Shown here: positions 26,225 to 36,973 of the stretch, one piece after another
How positions within the stretch are numbered: the stretch's first letter is position 1
Layout of the letters: each line of letters begins with the position of its first letter
Virus record (IMG/VR): IMGVR_UViG_3300030101_003968
Location: 731 to 64,730 of that record
Origin: a virus
Taxonomy: Duplodnaviria > Caudoviricetes
Strand: one strand, 5' to 3'
Length of the DNA: 64,000 nucleotides
Position numbers and translations under genes: made by a program
The notes under the pieces: generated by a model
The model's input: only the letters and a program-made list of their open reading frames with translations
Told to the model about the DNA's origin: nothing
Database searches by the model: none

Positions 26225-29200
26225 TTACAAACCTTAGGCCTAGGATTCTTAACAAAGAGTCCTCTCCTAGTGTCATAAAAGGCACGGATATGCTTGATGC
26301 TGTCAACATTGTAGCTGACGGCTTGGAAACCAGCGAGCAAAATACTGTCAAAAAGATTCCAGGAACCATTGATGTTTTTTTCAATGATTCTGATGATGCT
26401 TTTCTAAACACCGTTCTTGGAGTAAGCGTCAACAAAACTGCTGTGGTTTTGGGTCACTGCGTAGACAAAGAGAGAAACAGAGTTTTCTACTTTACTAGCG
26501 AGTACACAGCAGGTTCTGACACTCAGTCAAATGGAAAAATCTACATGATGGAGCAATTCGCTCCTGATGAGATTAAAATTGTAATTCTTGGACTTATTAG
26601 CGATATACTTCCAGAGGACTTTGTTGCTGCAAATATCATTCGAGTTCCCGTTTTAGAAGAGGAGTATAATCTTGATGAAAACTTTGGCGGAGTTCAGGAG
26701 GATCAAGACACTATCATCGAGTTTGATGACTCGGTTGACGTCACGGATATTCAGGGAGAAATAACCGTTATATCTACTCCTAACTTCCCCAATCTGGTAG
26801 TCAACCCCCTCGAAGAGGCACCCAGCACAACTGGATTTTTAACAATTCAAAATACAGGGGGTGCCATTGCTTACCAAACACTTTTTGAGTTTGGGGAGGG
26901 AATAAACGCCGAAGACCCTCAGGACCACTCAAGAATAGAGATGTCTATAGGGCAAGAGGCTTTATCAGAGCTTGCTCCTGGAGATACTTTTAATTTACCA
27001 ATAACCATCACCACGGAAGGTGGAGTAGAGGCTGGAACTTATGAATTTTTTGTGACTGTAATTAGTCAAAATTACACTCAGGTCATACCCGTTCAATTTG
27101 CCTTGAATATAGAGGTTAAAACATTGGTTGATCCTAAGTTTAGCATATCTATTCAAACGTCTGGGCCTTCAAGTGCTGACTATACTTATGGAGAAAACGT
27201 AACTCCGTCAATCTCTCTTGGCCCAATAGAAGAAAACAGCGGTATTGATTCTGAGGCCACAATCACCTTTGTCAGAGAGGTCACACCCGATGACGAGGTG
27301 TCTCTTCCTTTGGGAATATCTTTTGAAATTGATACCGCGCAAGAAGCCTTAGAGCTTTCAATAGGCGAATCCGACATCGCGGGATCTGAAGTAATAATGG
27401 GAGGATTTGAGGCAACCTTGACTGACGAAAACACTGTTGCTCAGTTTAAAATTAAGCTTAGGGACAATAATGGTCCGTTTGAAAATGTTGTATACGACAG
27501 AACCATACAGTTTTCAACTTCTGCAAATTTGATTGCCTATCCAGGCTTTAACTCTGATGGCTTCTCTTACGAAGATATAGATGTGCAAATAGCTGTTTCA
27601 GTGCTTGAAGAGGTCATTGTGCTTCCAGCAGACATTGGAACAACAGGATTTAACAATCAACAATTTGGGTTGCTTCCTCACCTCACTAACGAAGAAAATG
27701 AGTCTGAACTAGGGGTTGATGCGGAAACTCTAGATGGCAGCTCCGTCACAGTGACAGTAGGCACAATTTATAATAACGGCGATGAAGATGGTCACTTTTT
27801 CTTAAACCTTAGGGGCTCCACCCAGGGATATGGGTTGGAGCAGCTTGCTTCTCTGAACAAAGTCGGCCTAAGATATAAAATAGGAAATGTAAATTCGGGA
27901 GACTGGAAGCAGATGTTTAGTATGACATCAATCTTCAATGCTGTTAGTGGTCTTGACGATGGATTTCCACCAGGTTCTGATATAAGTTTGTTTTCAGAAA
28001 CCCTTGCGGGGGGCAACAGCCAACAGCTTCATATTAGAATTGAAAATATCGACGATACTTGTCGGGCAGGAGTTTTGGACACTATTGGAGAGACCTATGA
28101 AGGTGATGTTATTCTCTTTGAAAACAGTTGGATTGGGGCTCTGGGTGTTTTGGAAATGCTTCGAGTTGAGGTTCATCAAATTCCTTCTCCAGACACAAAC
28201 CTTACTGATGTAGGCAGTGAAACGTATAACAATTCGGGTTCTACAAACCCATCAGTAAAAGGTTTTATGGACATAGAAACCATAATATCTACGGCGGAGC
28301 CAATAATTGGCCCTACCATTGTAGAGTCTAGAGGTCGTCAAACAACTGCTCAGCTTGACTCTACTGGTGGAGGTCCACTTGGGGGTGGCTTGACAACATA
28401 CTACCCTAAGCAATTTGCCAGCATTTTTACAGATCCAAACCAACAGCTTTTGGATAGCATTCAAGCCAATGATGGATCTGTGTATAGCGGATCCACTGAC
28501 GACGGCGACGGCGTTGGGTTTGCTGTTGCAAACACCTCAGTTGCAGCGTCAGGTGCAGCCGACCCTACCATAACCATATCTGTAAGTGTTACTTTTCAGG
28601 AGCCAAACTTTTTAGGGCCTTTTGGATCTGGCTTTGAAAATCACGATCCCAACCCCTTCCAGGGCACTTTTGGAGCTGTAGGCAGTCTAGGGCCAGTTCT
28701 TGTTTATACAGAGCCTTATCTTATTGGAAGTCAAGAACTTACTGACTTTGATAGCAAAGACTTGTCCAGCTATCCTTTCTCAGCGTACAATTCGTCCCTA
28801 GCGTATGGTAACAACGGAGACGGTCACGCTGAATTTGGCTCTTGTAGGCAGTTCTTTACTACAATTCCTTCATCAAGTGTTGTTTTCTTTGCCGTAAAAC
28901 CAGAGTTCAGCAGTTATATAACGTTTCTACAGACCCCCTCAAGCGAGTATTCATACGCTTTTGAAGATGACCATTATGGGTCTTTTTGCGGAGTAAACGT
29001 AAACGTAAACGGTAACTCAACCACCTTGGGTAACAACACCAACAGAGTTGTATTTCCGCTTACGAACGAGCAGTGGGACTGGGTGCATTCACAGCCTGAC
29101 TTCGGAGGGGCTCCACCTACACCTTCAAGGTTTGATGTTGACCCCACTCCTTCACCCCTACCGTTTAATGACGAGTCCATTCAACAGGTTGTTGCAAGGC

Positions 29201-29310
29201 CATCATTTAGAGACTCAAGTGAAGTTGGATCGCTAACTTCACGCCCTAAAAAGATTGTAAAAAAGTCTGCTAGTTCAAACAAGACGAAAAAAAGAGGCTA
29301 TGGCAAGTAA
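26221..29310 (+). CDS. tail protein: muzzle/stabilisation-type N-terminus fused to long acidic Ig-like region
   Basis: LNKE......D.LDAVNI...VKKIPG...LG.CVD...NRVFYF then about 900 aa acidic beta-rich sequence. Confidence 0.55.
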   Translation: MITNLRPRILNKESSPSVIKGTDMLDAVNIVADGLETSEQNTVKKIPGTIDVFFNDSDDAFLNTVLGVSVNKTAVVLGHCVDKERNRVFYFTSEYTAGSDTQSNGKIYMMEQFAPDEIKIVILGLISDILPEDFVAANIIRVPVLEEEYNLDENFGGVQEDQDTIIEFDDSVDVTDIQGEITVISTPNFPNLVVNPLEEAPSTTGFLTIQNTGGAIAYQTLFEFGEGINAEDPQDHSRIEMSIGQEALSELAPGDTFNLPITITTEGGVEAGTYEFFVTVISQNYTQVIPVQFALNIEVKTLVDPKFSISIQTSGPSSADYTYGENVTPSISLGPIEENSGIDSEATITFVREVTPDDEVSLPLGISFEIDTAQEALELSIGESDIAGSEVIMGGFEATLTDENTVAQFKIKLRDNNGPFENVVYDRTIQFSTSANLIAYPGFNSDGFSYEDIDVQIAVSVLEEVIVLPADIGTTGFNNQQFGLLPHLTNEENESELGVDAETLDGSSVTVTVGTIYNNGDEDGHFFLNLRGSTQGYGLEQLASLNKVGLRYKIGNVNSGDWKQMFSMTSIFNAVSGLDDGFPPGSDISLFSETLAGGNSQQLHIRIENIDDTCRAGVLDTIGETYEGDVILFENSWIGALGVLEMLRVEVHQIPSPDTNLTDVGSETYNNSGSTNPSVKGFMDIETIISTAEPIIGPTIVESRGRQTTAQLDSTGGGPLGGGLTTYYPKQFASIFTDPNQQLLDSIQANDGSVYSGSTDDGDGVGFAVANTSVAASGAADPTITISVSVTFQEPNFLGPFGSGFENHDPNPFQGTFGAVGSLGPVLVYTEPYLIGSQELTDFDSKDLSSYPFSAYNSSLAYGNNGDGHAEFGSCRQFFTTIPSSSVVFFAVKPEFSSYITFLQTPSSEYSYAFEDDHYGSFCGVNVNVNGNSTTLGNNTNRVVFPLTNEQWDWVHSQPDFGGAPPTPSRFDVDPTPSPLPFNDESIQQVVARPSFRDSSEVGSLTSRPKKIVKKSASSNKTKKRGYGK

Positions 29311-32300
29311 TACAGATAGAGCCAAGTTTGTAAACACGAACCCAAAAGAAAACACAATACTTGCGTTTACAAACGGAAGGGGAGAGCCTCGTGCCATAAA
29401 TGTAGAAAGGTGCATAGATGAGCTCGGTCAAATCCCGTCCCTTAACGCGATATCTCTTGACGAAACGGATCAAAACGATTTTAAATTTGCTTGCCCAAGA
29501 GTTCACTTGTTGCCAATTTCTTTTGAGTTTGATTTTGATCCAGATAAATCTTCTGGGAACTTTGAAAACACAGATGGATTTCAGTTTTCTTATCAAGTTG
29601 TTTACAAAAACGGATCTACGAGTGCCATTGCCCCGTACTCCGACGTTGCATATCCGCCAGCAATAATTAACCTTGGTCTCAAGACTTTGGCTGAGACTGA
29701 GGTAGAAAACAGGTGTGTGCTATTTATTCCCAAGCTGTCTGCAGAGGCCAAACTTATAAGGCTCATATCCAGAGAGGGGAATAACGACAATCCTAGGGTT
29801 ATAGATCAATTTAGAGTAGACGTACAGTCTAATGACTTCATAATTACCGATGACGATTTTCTTGGTCAGTACAGCTTTTACAATGACAAAATCGGTGCGC
29901 TTCTCTCTGAGATTGACGCTACAAAAACGTTTGATAACGTTCCTAGAAACGCTAAGGCTCAAACCGTCGCGGACAACAGGGTTATGTATGGAAACTATAC
30001 CGAGGGATACGCCAACATAACCACTGACGTAAACTTAAGTGTAGAATTTAAACAAGCACCGCCTCCTGGGTTTTCATTTGAGCTAAAGGCAGTTCCTTAC
30101 GTATTCAGAAAAAAAACAGATAAGGCTTCTGGAGAAGCTGGTTCGGCAGATCTTGGAAGACAGAGATTTAAAACAAACTCTGGTTTTGTACTGGATACAA
30201 GTGGGTTTCCCGAAAGCGTACCCGTGGGAGTTTACACAGTTTCTATAACTATTGCCCCTAAAAACAATTATCACATTTTTCTTGGAACGGGTGAATCCCC
30301 TAACTCTAGAGAAAATCCGATTGTTGGAGCTGGTCCTACCGCCTTAAGTGATTTTATTTTTAATCAATCTACAAGTGCTCTGGCGGGTTCGTCTGCTGCT
30401 CCCTCTAAGGTGATTAGAGGTAGAGAAATGGGTGCGGCATCTCAGTCCGACACAGCTGGACTTCCTGTTGACGGAGCTCTAAGAGCATCCTATTTTAACG
30501 GAGGTTACAACACAGCCTCAAGCGTGACTTGGGATTCAAGCAATGGAGACCTGCACCTTACGGATATAGGAAGGTCGTTTAGCTCTCCGCTCGTATTTAA
30601 GGGTGAACCAGTTACTTTTTCTACAACAATTCAAGTAAACTCATCCACTGAAAGGGATGTTTTTTCTAAGGCTCTCATTCATGGGCTTTGCGGATTGCAC
30701 CCTAACTCAAGCCCTATAGATGTATTCGGTTCTCAAGTAGCTCCCACATCTAGTCCTGCAAATTACTTTAAGGAGGTTGCCTATGATTTGGGCCTTAATG
30801 ATGACTCAACTTTTTCAGCAGAGGGAAGCTTCTTATCTGACCTTGTTTGTTCCGTTTCAAGCGGATATAACAACTCAGACGTATCTGGCGACATGTGCTC
30901 AAGAGAGCCAGATGGGTTTTTTGTAATCAATAAGGCCACGATGAGGTTTTGTGGTGAGCCAGCAAGGGGTTATGCTGGACAGATAGATGATCTTCTCTAT
31001 GAATATGATCAAGACAAAAGCGGATATGGAATGTTTATGTCTTTTGCTCATGCGAAGGATGTAAATGTAAAAACTGTTGTGCCTCTTCCAGAGGGTAAGT
31101 TTGGGTCAGCATCTAGTCCAGGTGCAGCTGCTCAGTCTTTCGAACTGTTTACTAACAATATAAATGGATCTAATGACGATGTAGTAAGAGCAAGAAGATT
31201 TTTTGCTATGGGAACTGGGGACTGGGACTACAGGGTTGATTCTAACGGAAACAATCAAATAATGTGGCCGTCTTGCTATAGGCAGTGGCAAACCCCAGAC
31301 GGCGCCCTAAATGGACCGTCTAGGATTCAAAACACAAACCCAGAAGATCTGCAAACCTATTTAGAGTCAGCTACAATAGATCAAGGGACTGTTGCTCTTT
31401 CTTCAAGTCAACCCGATCCAATGCCCGCTCCTGTATTACCAACAAGGCAATACGATGACGGTAAGATTTTTGAATCAAATGATTCCTTTAGAAATACGTT
31501 GTATCATCCAGCGCCTATAAAAAAATGGATTATTGCTGGCGACGAAAACAGCGAAGTATTACCTAGTGACAAATCAGACTCATACTGGAACACTATACAC
31601 GGTGGCGCGGGCTTTACAGTTAACATCGACGTGCCAAACGACTCGTTTGACAATGCCTTTCAAGATGCGGGTCAATTCTTCGTCGCGGGAAATCCATCAA
31701 CAATGCTGGGAGACATAAGTAAGCATTACTGTGGGTACCTTAAAAACTACAATAATGCTGGTTATTTTCAGTTCGGCAGAGATATTGAGTACACCGCCCC
31801 CCCTGACACCGTAAACGTTTCTAATTACTTAGATAGGGGAACTCTTTCGTTGGTTGATGGAGAGATGGGGCCTGGAGGTATGAACGGGTTAGCTGCATCT
31901 CAGTTTGGAAACAGATCTGATAACTCTTCATTTGGGCTTCCTTTTGTCATGGGAACCCACGACATTAACGGTGATACATCATCAAACGTGATGGGGTCCA
32001 TGGCAAACATACGTGGAACTGTTACAAATTTTGGGCTTTTAGGATATGTAGATAATTGCCCAGGATACCTTGTATCTGAAATTGTAGCTAGAACTCCAGA
32101 AACAGTAAACTCCAATTATAATGGAGCTTTTGTTTTAGGAAACAGCAGTGGAAGTTCTCAACTTGCTCAAAGCTTTGCTGTTGTAGTACCACAATATGCA
32201 GACGTTGGTTTTGCCTTAAATGATGTATTGCTGGGTGAGGCTCAGCCGCTTGGTGTTGTCTTTAGGTCTCCGCTGACAAGTGGATACTTTTCATCTTTTT

Positions 32301-35300
32301 ACTCCGACCCAGGGGCGCTTGTAAGTTGTATTGACACTAGAGATACTGCTGATATGGCGGGCACCATAGCTCAGGGTAATTACTTGAGCACAATTCAACC
32401 CGTTCAGACAAGGCAGCCTCCAGCGGGTTCAACTGGATCAGCAATAGTGGTTTCTGGGGCATCTATAAACACCTCTTCAGAAGAGCTTGGATACAACTCG
32501 TTTAAGACAAAAGCAAATCACGAATTTGGTATAGTTTACTATGACGAAAGGGGGAGACATGGGGCTGTTCAGCCCGTAGGCTCTGTATATGTGCCTGGAT
32601 ATGATACAGAAGACCGAGGCAGTTCCTTAAAGGGAGCAGCAAAAGTCAAAATGGAAATCAATCACGCTCCTCCCTCTTGGGCGACAGAATATAGGGTGGT
32701 TTACTCTGGAAACACTTCGGTTAGTGAATTTATTCAACATACCGTCGCTGACGCTTTTGTATCCTCAAAAGCTCCAGGCAGAATATACGTTTCTCTAAAT
32801 CACCTTCAGTCTAACAAGATTTCATACGCCGAGTCATACGGAGCAGTCAGCCTAGATGATGGCACCAAGTCGCTATACCGATTCAATCAGGGTGACAGAC
32901 TTAGGATTATAAACTATTCCAATGTGTCTGCGGAGCTAGAATATGCTCCAAAAGATTACGACTTTAGAATTGTTGATTTAGAGATAGTTGGTCCAGACAT
33001 GGACAATCACCCTTTTCCAAACGAGTCTGATCAGGCAAGATTTAATGGTGAGTTTTTGGTCTTGGAGGACAACAAAGAGGCTAGTGGGTTTAGGGTTGAA
33101 GACATTTTGGCTGACACCTCTGGTAACGTAACTAGTTTTTGGGGAAACAGATGCCTTGTAGAGATATACAGACCATCCAAGGGGCTTGGAGATGAGTCTA
33201 GGCCTTATTTCGAGCTTAATTATGGAGGAAAAATTTTAAGCGGTCCCACACATCAGTTCAACACTATCTTGATGACTAAGGGTGATGTTTTTTACAGAAG
33301 CGTACCCATGAACGCTCAAACTATAACTTCTGACGCATCTACAGAGCAGACTATTGGCGAGTACACTAGTCTTATTCAAGGAAGCACAGACAATGAAACA
33401 TCCGTGCCCAATCCTGTTTCGTATTACGTTGAGTCTGAAACAGTTACAGATTTATATAAGTCTGATGCAAAGAATTATGGGAGAGTGCATTTTGTAGACC
33501 GATTTGCCGATGAGGTAGAAAGGCCTTCTAGCATATCGTTTTCTGAAAAAACATTTCAGGGCTCTTACGATCTTAGATATTTCTCTTTTCCAAAAATAGG
33601 AAACTTCAAAGACCTTCCTAGGTACAGTGGAGGCATTGATGTGATGGACTTTCAGGGAACTAACATAATGAGTTTTAATGACTCAAAAGTATACTACATT
33701 CCAGTCTCTAGAGACGTCCTCACAACAGGCAATACGGATGCGATTGTCGCAAGTACAAAGGTGCTTGGGTCTGAAATAGCAATACCGATTGACGGGGGCT
33801 CATCAAAAAGACCTGAGTCGGTTATCTCTATTAACAACGACTTTTTCTTTTTTGATGAAAGGAATGAAAGAATAGTCATGATTAAAGGGGGTAGAACTCC
33901 AGTAATTGTTACAGACGCAAATGTTGATGCTTACTTCAAGTCTGAAGTTCAAAAATGGAAGCAAAGTGGTGCGTTCAAAGCACCCTCTGGGTACGACCCG
34001 ATGAGGTCAGAGTACTTAATATCTCTCTCTTCGCTGGAAGATGGCTACATATATCACGATCACGTCTCAGCAAGAGATCGAATGCTTACAATGGGGTTTG
34101 ACTTAAAGACGAATAAGTTCTGGAAGTCAAGGTATTCTTTTGCGCCTCACTTTTACTCTACCCTTAACGGAAAGCTAATTTCTTATCACTCAGAAAAAAC
34201 TCTAACTCACCCAAACACTGTTGGAGATGAAATAGAGTCTCCATTTGTTCTTCCGCAGATTCACAATGACACTTCAAAGAGGAATAAGATCTACGGAAAA
34301 AAAGTTAGATCCAGCCTATGTGTTTCTGCTAATGCCAACAACTCAAAAACAAAGGAATTTAACGTTGTTGTTTTGGATTCTGACAACAGGTGGGAGGCTA
34401 ACCTGTACACACCCACTGGGGCCTCTGCAATACCGTTTGGCAGGTTTAAGGGTTACAACGATAAGTACTACGGAAAAATTGTTGGAGACACCACCGTTGC
34501 GGCAGAACAAAGAAAGTCCCAGATAACAAAGAGAACAATTCAGACTATGCCCTATGCTTTTGACGAAAGGCTTATTCCGTCTACGGGGCAACTTCTTCAG
34601 TCTCAATTTTTGGGTCCAAGAGGGTTTACTTTTGTTGACGAAAATGGAGAGATTTATGGAGTTAATTCAACTGGAATTAAGTACATGGAGTTCCAAGTTG
34701 TTATGTCTAAGTCAAGCTCTGCGTTTACGGCTCCACTGGCCATTGGGAAAAACTCTATTCTTTATGAATCTTCACCTGGAGGATCTCAAATGGTTCCTTT
34801 GGGATCAGGACCTAAAAACACTCACTCTTTTAATAGAAAGGCGTTTATAGCTGCAGACACTGAAGACACGAACAGAACAAGAAAACTCGTAATAAGGGCT
34901 CCTTGGAATCAAGTTGAAAACTACTGCTTGCAAAACGGTCACGAAGACGTAATTGAAAGAGTTACTACTGATGAGTTTACTTCAAATCCGAGCGTAGTCT
35001 TCGGGTTCTTTACTTCTGTCAATAATGACGAAACAGGTTACAAGATATTTGATATAATTTTTGCCCCGTACTACTCCATGTTTTTTGGAAAATCTGTGCA
35101 ACAAGATGGGTCACTAAACAACCTGATAAGCCTTTTTGACGGTGAAGGCATTTTCAGTGGAGGCGATCAAGCTGAATATGTGTGGGACTTGAACGAAGAC
35201 GGCCTCGTTAATGTGAGCGACCTCTTGATATTCTTGACAGGGTTTGGAGAACCATTTGGAACAGAAGATTTGTTGGGCTTACTTGCGGAATTTGGTTCAG

Positions 35301-35566
35301 GCGTGGAAGATGAAAGCACAGTTGATTTTGATACTATAGGCTCTTTTACTGCCGCACAATTTTTAAATCTTTATAATGGTGAGCGAAAAGAAATTCACTC
35401 TGTGTATAGCAATCAGCTAAACGCTCCTGAGCTTACGGGCAGATACATGAAAATAGACCTTGTTTCAGACGACGCACAAGATGATGCTCAGTTGTATGAG
35501 ATTATGGTTGATCACGACAACAGAGTAAAGTCTCTTTCAAGAGGAACTAAATCGAAAAAGAAGTAA
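29300..35566 (+). CDS. large tail muzzle/stabilisation protein (P22 gp10 / crAss muzzle-like)
   Basis: 2088 aa; LAFTNG..EPR.IN, FQFSY..VY.NG, NR.MYGNY.EG, FGIVYYDERGR, GYDP...EY, W.SRYSF.P. Confidence 0.7.
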   Translation: MASNTDRAKFVNTNPKENTILAFTNGRGEPRAINVERCIDELGQIPSLNAISLDETDQNDFKFACPRVHLLPISFEFDFDPDKSSGNFENTDGFQFSYQVVYKNGSTSAIAPYSDVAYPPAIINLGLKTLAETEVENRCVLFIPKLSAEAKLIRLISREGNNDNPRVIDQFRVDVQSNDFIITDDDFLGQYSFYNDKIGALLSEIDATKTFDNVPRNAKAQTVADNRVMYGNYTEGYANITTDVNLSVEFKQAPPPGFSFELKAVPYVFRKKTDKASGEAGSADLGRQRFKTNSGFVLDTSGFPESVPVGVYTVSITIAPKNNYHIFLGTGESPNSRENPIVGAGPTALSDFIFNQSTSALAGSSAAPSKVIRGREMGAASQSDTAGLPVDGALRASYFNGGYNTASSVTWDSSNGDLHLTDIGRSFSSPLVFKGEPVTFSTTIQVNSSTERDVFSKALIHGLCGLHPNSSPIDVFGSQVAPTSSPANYFKEVAYDLGLNDDSTFSAEGSFLSDLVCSVSSGYNNSDVSGDMCSREPDGFFVINKATMRFCGEPARGYAGQIDDLLYEYDQDKSGYGMFMSFAHAKDVNVKTVVPLPEGKFGSASSPGAAAQSFELFTNNINGSNDDVVRARRFFAMGTGDWDYRVDSNGNNQIMWPSCYRQWQTPDGALNGPSRIQNTNPEDLQTYLESATIDQGTVALSSSQPDPMPAPVLPTRQYDDGKIFESNDSFRNTLYHPAPIKKWIIAGDENSEVLPSDKSDSYWNTIHGGAGFTVNIDVPNDSFDNAFQDAGQFFVAGNPSTMLGDISKHYCGYLKNYNNAGYFQFGRDIEYTAPPDTVNVSNYLDRGTLSLVDGEMGPGGMNGLAASQFGNRSDNSSFGLPFVMGTHDINGDTSSNVMGSMANIRGTVTNFGLLGYVDNCPGYLVSEIVARTPETVNSNYNGAFVLGNSSGSSQLAQSFAVVVPQYADVGFALNDVLLGEAQPLGVVFRSPLTSGYFSSFYSDPGALVSCIDTRDTADMAGTIAQGNYLSTIQPVQTRQPPAGSTGSAIVVSGASINTSSEELGYNSFKTKANHEFGIVYYDERGRHGAVQPVGSVYVPGYDTEDRGSSLKGAAKVKMEINHAPPSWATEYRVVYSGNTSVSEFIQHTVADAFVSSKAPGRIYVSLNHLQSNKISYAESYGAVSLDDGTKSLYRFNQGDRLRIINYSNVSAELEYAPKDYDFRIVDLEIVGPDMDNHPFPNESDQARFNGEFLVLEDNKEASGFRVEDILADTSGNVTSFWGNRCLVEIYRPSKGLGDESRPYFELNYGGKILSGPTHQFNTILMTKGDVFYRSVPMNAQTITSDASTEQTIGEYTSLIQGSTDNETSVPNPVSYYVESETVTDLYKSDAKNYGRVHFVDRFADEVERPSSISFSEKTFQGSYDLRYFSFPKIGNFKDLPRYSGGIDVMDFQGTNIMSFNDSKVYYIPVSRDVLTTGNTDAIVASTKVLGSEIAIPIDGGSSKRPESVISINNDFFFFDERNERIVMIKGGRTPVIVTDANVDAYFKSEVQKWKQSGAFKAPSGYDPMRSEYLISLSSLEDGYIYHDHVSARDRMLTMGFDLKTNKFWKSRYSFAPHFYSTLNGKLISYHSEKTLTHPNTVGDEIESPFVLPQIHNDTSKRNKIYGKKVRSSLCVSANANNSKTKEFNVVVLDSDNRWEANLYTPTGASAIPFGRFKGYNDKYYGKIVGDTTVAAEQRKSQITKRTIQTMPYAFDERLIPSTGQLLQSQFLGPRGFTFVDENGEIYGVNSTGIKYMEFQVVMSKSSSAFTAPLAIGKNSILYESSPGGSQMVPLGSGPKNTHSFNRKAFIAADTEDTNRTRKLVIRAPWNQVENYCLQNGHEDVIERVTTDEFTSNPSVVFGFFTSVNNDETGYKIFDIIFAPYYSMFFGKSVQQDGSLNNLISLFDGEGIFSGGDQAEYVWDLNEDGLVNVSDLLIFLTGFGEPFGTEDLLGLLAEFGSGVEDESTVDFDTIGSFTAAQFLNLYNGERKEIHSVYSNQLNAPELTGRYMKIDLVSDDAQDDAQLYEIMVDHDNRVKSLSRGTKSKKK

Positions 35567-35585
35567 ATTTGCAAAAACACTAATC

Positions 35586-36971
35586 ATGCCAGCCTTAATT
35601 ATAGCAGGTGTAGTAGCAGTTGGATCTACACTTTTTGCCAACCATAAAAGAAAGAAAGCAGCGGAGGACGCTCAGGATTTGCTCCAAGCTCAAGTCAACG
35701 CGAGAAACGAGCTTATCGATGAATATGAGAGCGGTTTGGCTCAGCTTATGCAAGACTACGAGGATGGGAAACTACCTGTTCATAAGGTGGTTCCAGAAAA
35801 GGGAAAGGTTGGTGAGTCCGCTTATGATGCCGTAGAAACCGCAAAGTCAGACAGGGCTATTGAGTCGGTTATAAATGAAGGGAAAGATATGGTCACTCAA
35901 GCGGCCAACGTTTCCGACCCACGAATTAAGCAATTTGTGATGCAAAAGGCTCACAAAGATCACGTAAGAAACGTGGAAAAGGCTCAGGCAGAAAGTGTTG
36001 ATAGAATTATGTCAGCCCAAACTCAACTTGGTGCTGCAGAGACTGATGTAAACAAACAGTTTGCTCAGGCCAAAAATCAAGCTGAGTCTCAGTACGCGCA
36101 GCAGGTTCAGTCTTACATGCAGAACGAGCAGAACCGACTCAACAATCTTATTGCCCAGCAGGGCGAAAATGTGATGGGGGCAGAATATGATGCTGGCATG
36201 GTTGTCCCAATGGCTCAGGCTCAGAACGCTGCGGACTTCGGGGCTACCGCAACTAGCGTTGCTGGTTCGTTTGTACAGGACGGTATTAAAGTTCCCTATG
36301 CGGATGAGGGATACAAGGTACGCCTTCCTGAAAAAAACAACGTAGACTACCTTGCTAGGTTTGATCAAATGATGGGTGATTCTGGGTCAAGTGTAGCGGA
36401 CGCATTTTCTTCTATTTCAGATGAAAAAAGACAGGCTGTTTTGGATAAATACAAAGCAAATAGAGACGAGGGAAAATTCTTTATGAGCAAAAGAGCTCAA
36501 GAAGGGCTTAGAAACGGTGGTTTTACTCAGGGTGAATTTAATCACGGAGATCCAGACAAGCCAGAAACGGGCAATGATCAAGTCCTTCTCGACCAAGAAG
36601 ATCTTAAAAGAGTAATGGATGAGGGCGGTGTCAATAGCTTTGATGATTTAATGGCAGCTGTGCCACCTCAAATTATTACAACTGGAGGGGAGATTGTTAA
36701 AAACGACAAGAACTCTGGAGATGAAGAGGACTTGACCGACGCTACTGATATTAACAACCCGATAAAAGTTGAAGATATAGATTTTAGGGATCAAGACATT
36801 GCTCAAAAAGCAATGAATGATATTCTAACGGCAAAGGATGGTCGCAAGCTTTTTGCCAACACAGGAAAAAAGAACAACAAAAAGACTCAGCAGGACGTAA
36901 GAAAGGCTGAGATGATGCTTGCAGCATATAACCGACACCTTTTGGCTCAGCCACAGTTTCAAAACACATAA
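35586..36971 (+). CDS. putative ejection/internal virion protein
   Basis: Hydrophobic N-terminus, Gln/Ala coil, GG.TQGEFNH motif; TAAATTTG box at 35564-35571. Confidence 0.55.
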   Translation: MPALIIAGVVAVGSTLFANHKRKKAAEDAQDLLQAQVNARNELIDEYESGLAQLMQDYEDGKLPVHKVVPEKGKVGESAYDAVETAKSDRAIESVINEGKDMVTQAANVSDPRIKQFVMQKAHKDHVRNVEKAQAESVDRIMSAQTQLGAAETDVNKQFAQAKNQAESQYAQQVQSYMQNEQNRLNNLIAQQGENVMGAEYDAGMVVPMAQAQNAADFGATATSVAGSFVQDGIKVPYADEGYKVRLPEKNNVDYLARFDQMMGDSGSSVADAFSSISDEKRQAVLDKYKANRDEGKFFMSKRAQEGLRNGGFTQGEFNHGDPDKPETGNDQVLLDQEDLKRVMDEGGVNSFDDLMAAVPPQIITTGGEIVKNDKNSGDEEDLTDATDINNPIKVEDIDFRDQDIAQKAMNDILTAKDGRKLFANTGKKNNKKTQQDVRKAEMMLAAYNRHLLAQPQFQNT

Positions 36972-36973
36972 AA

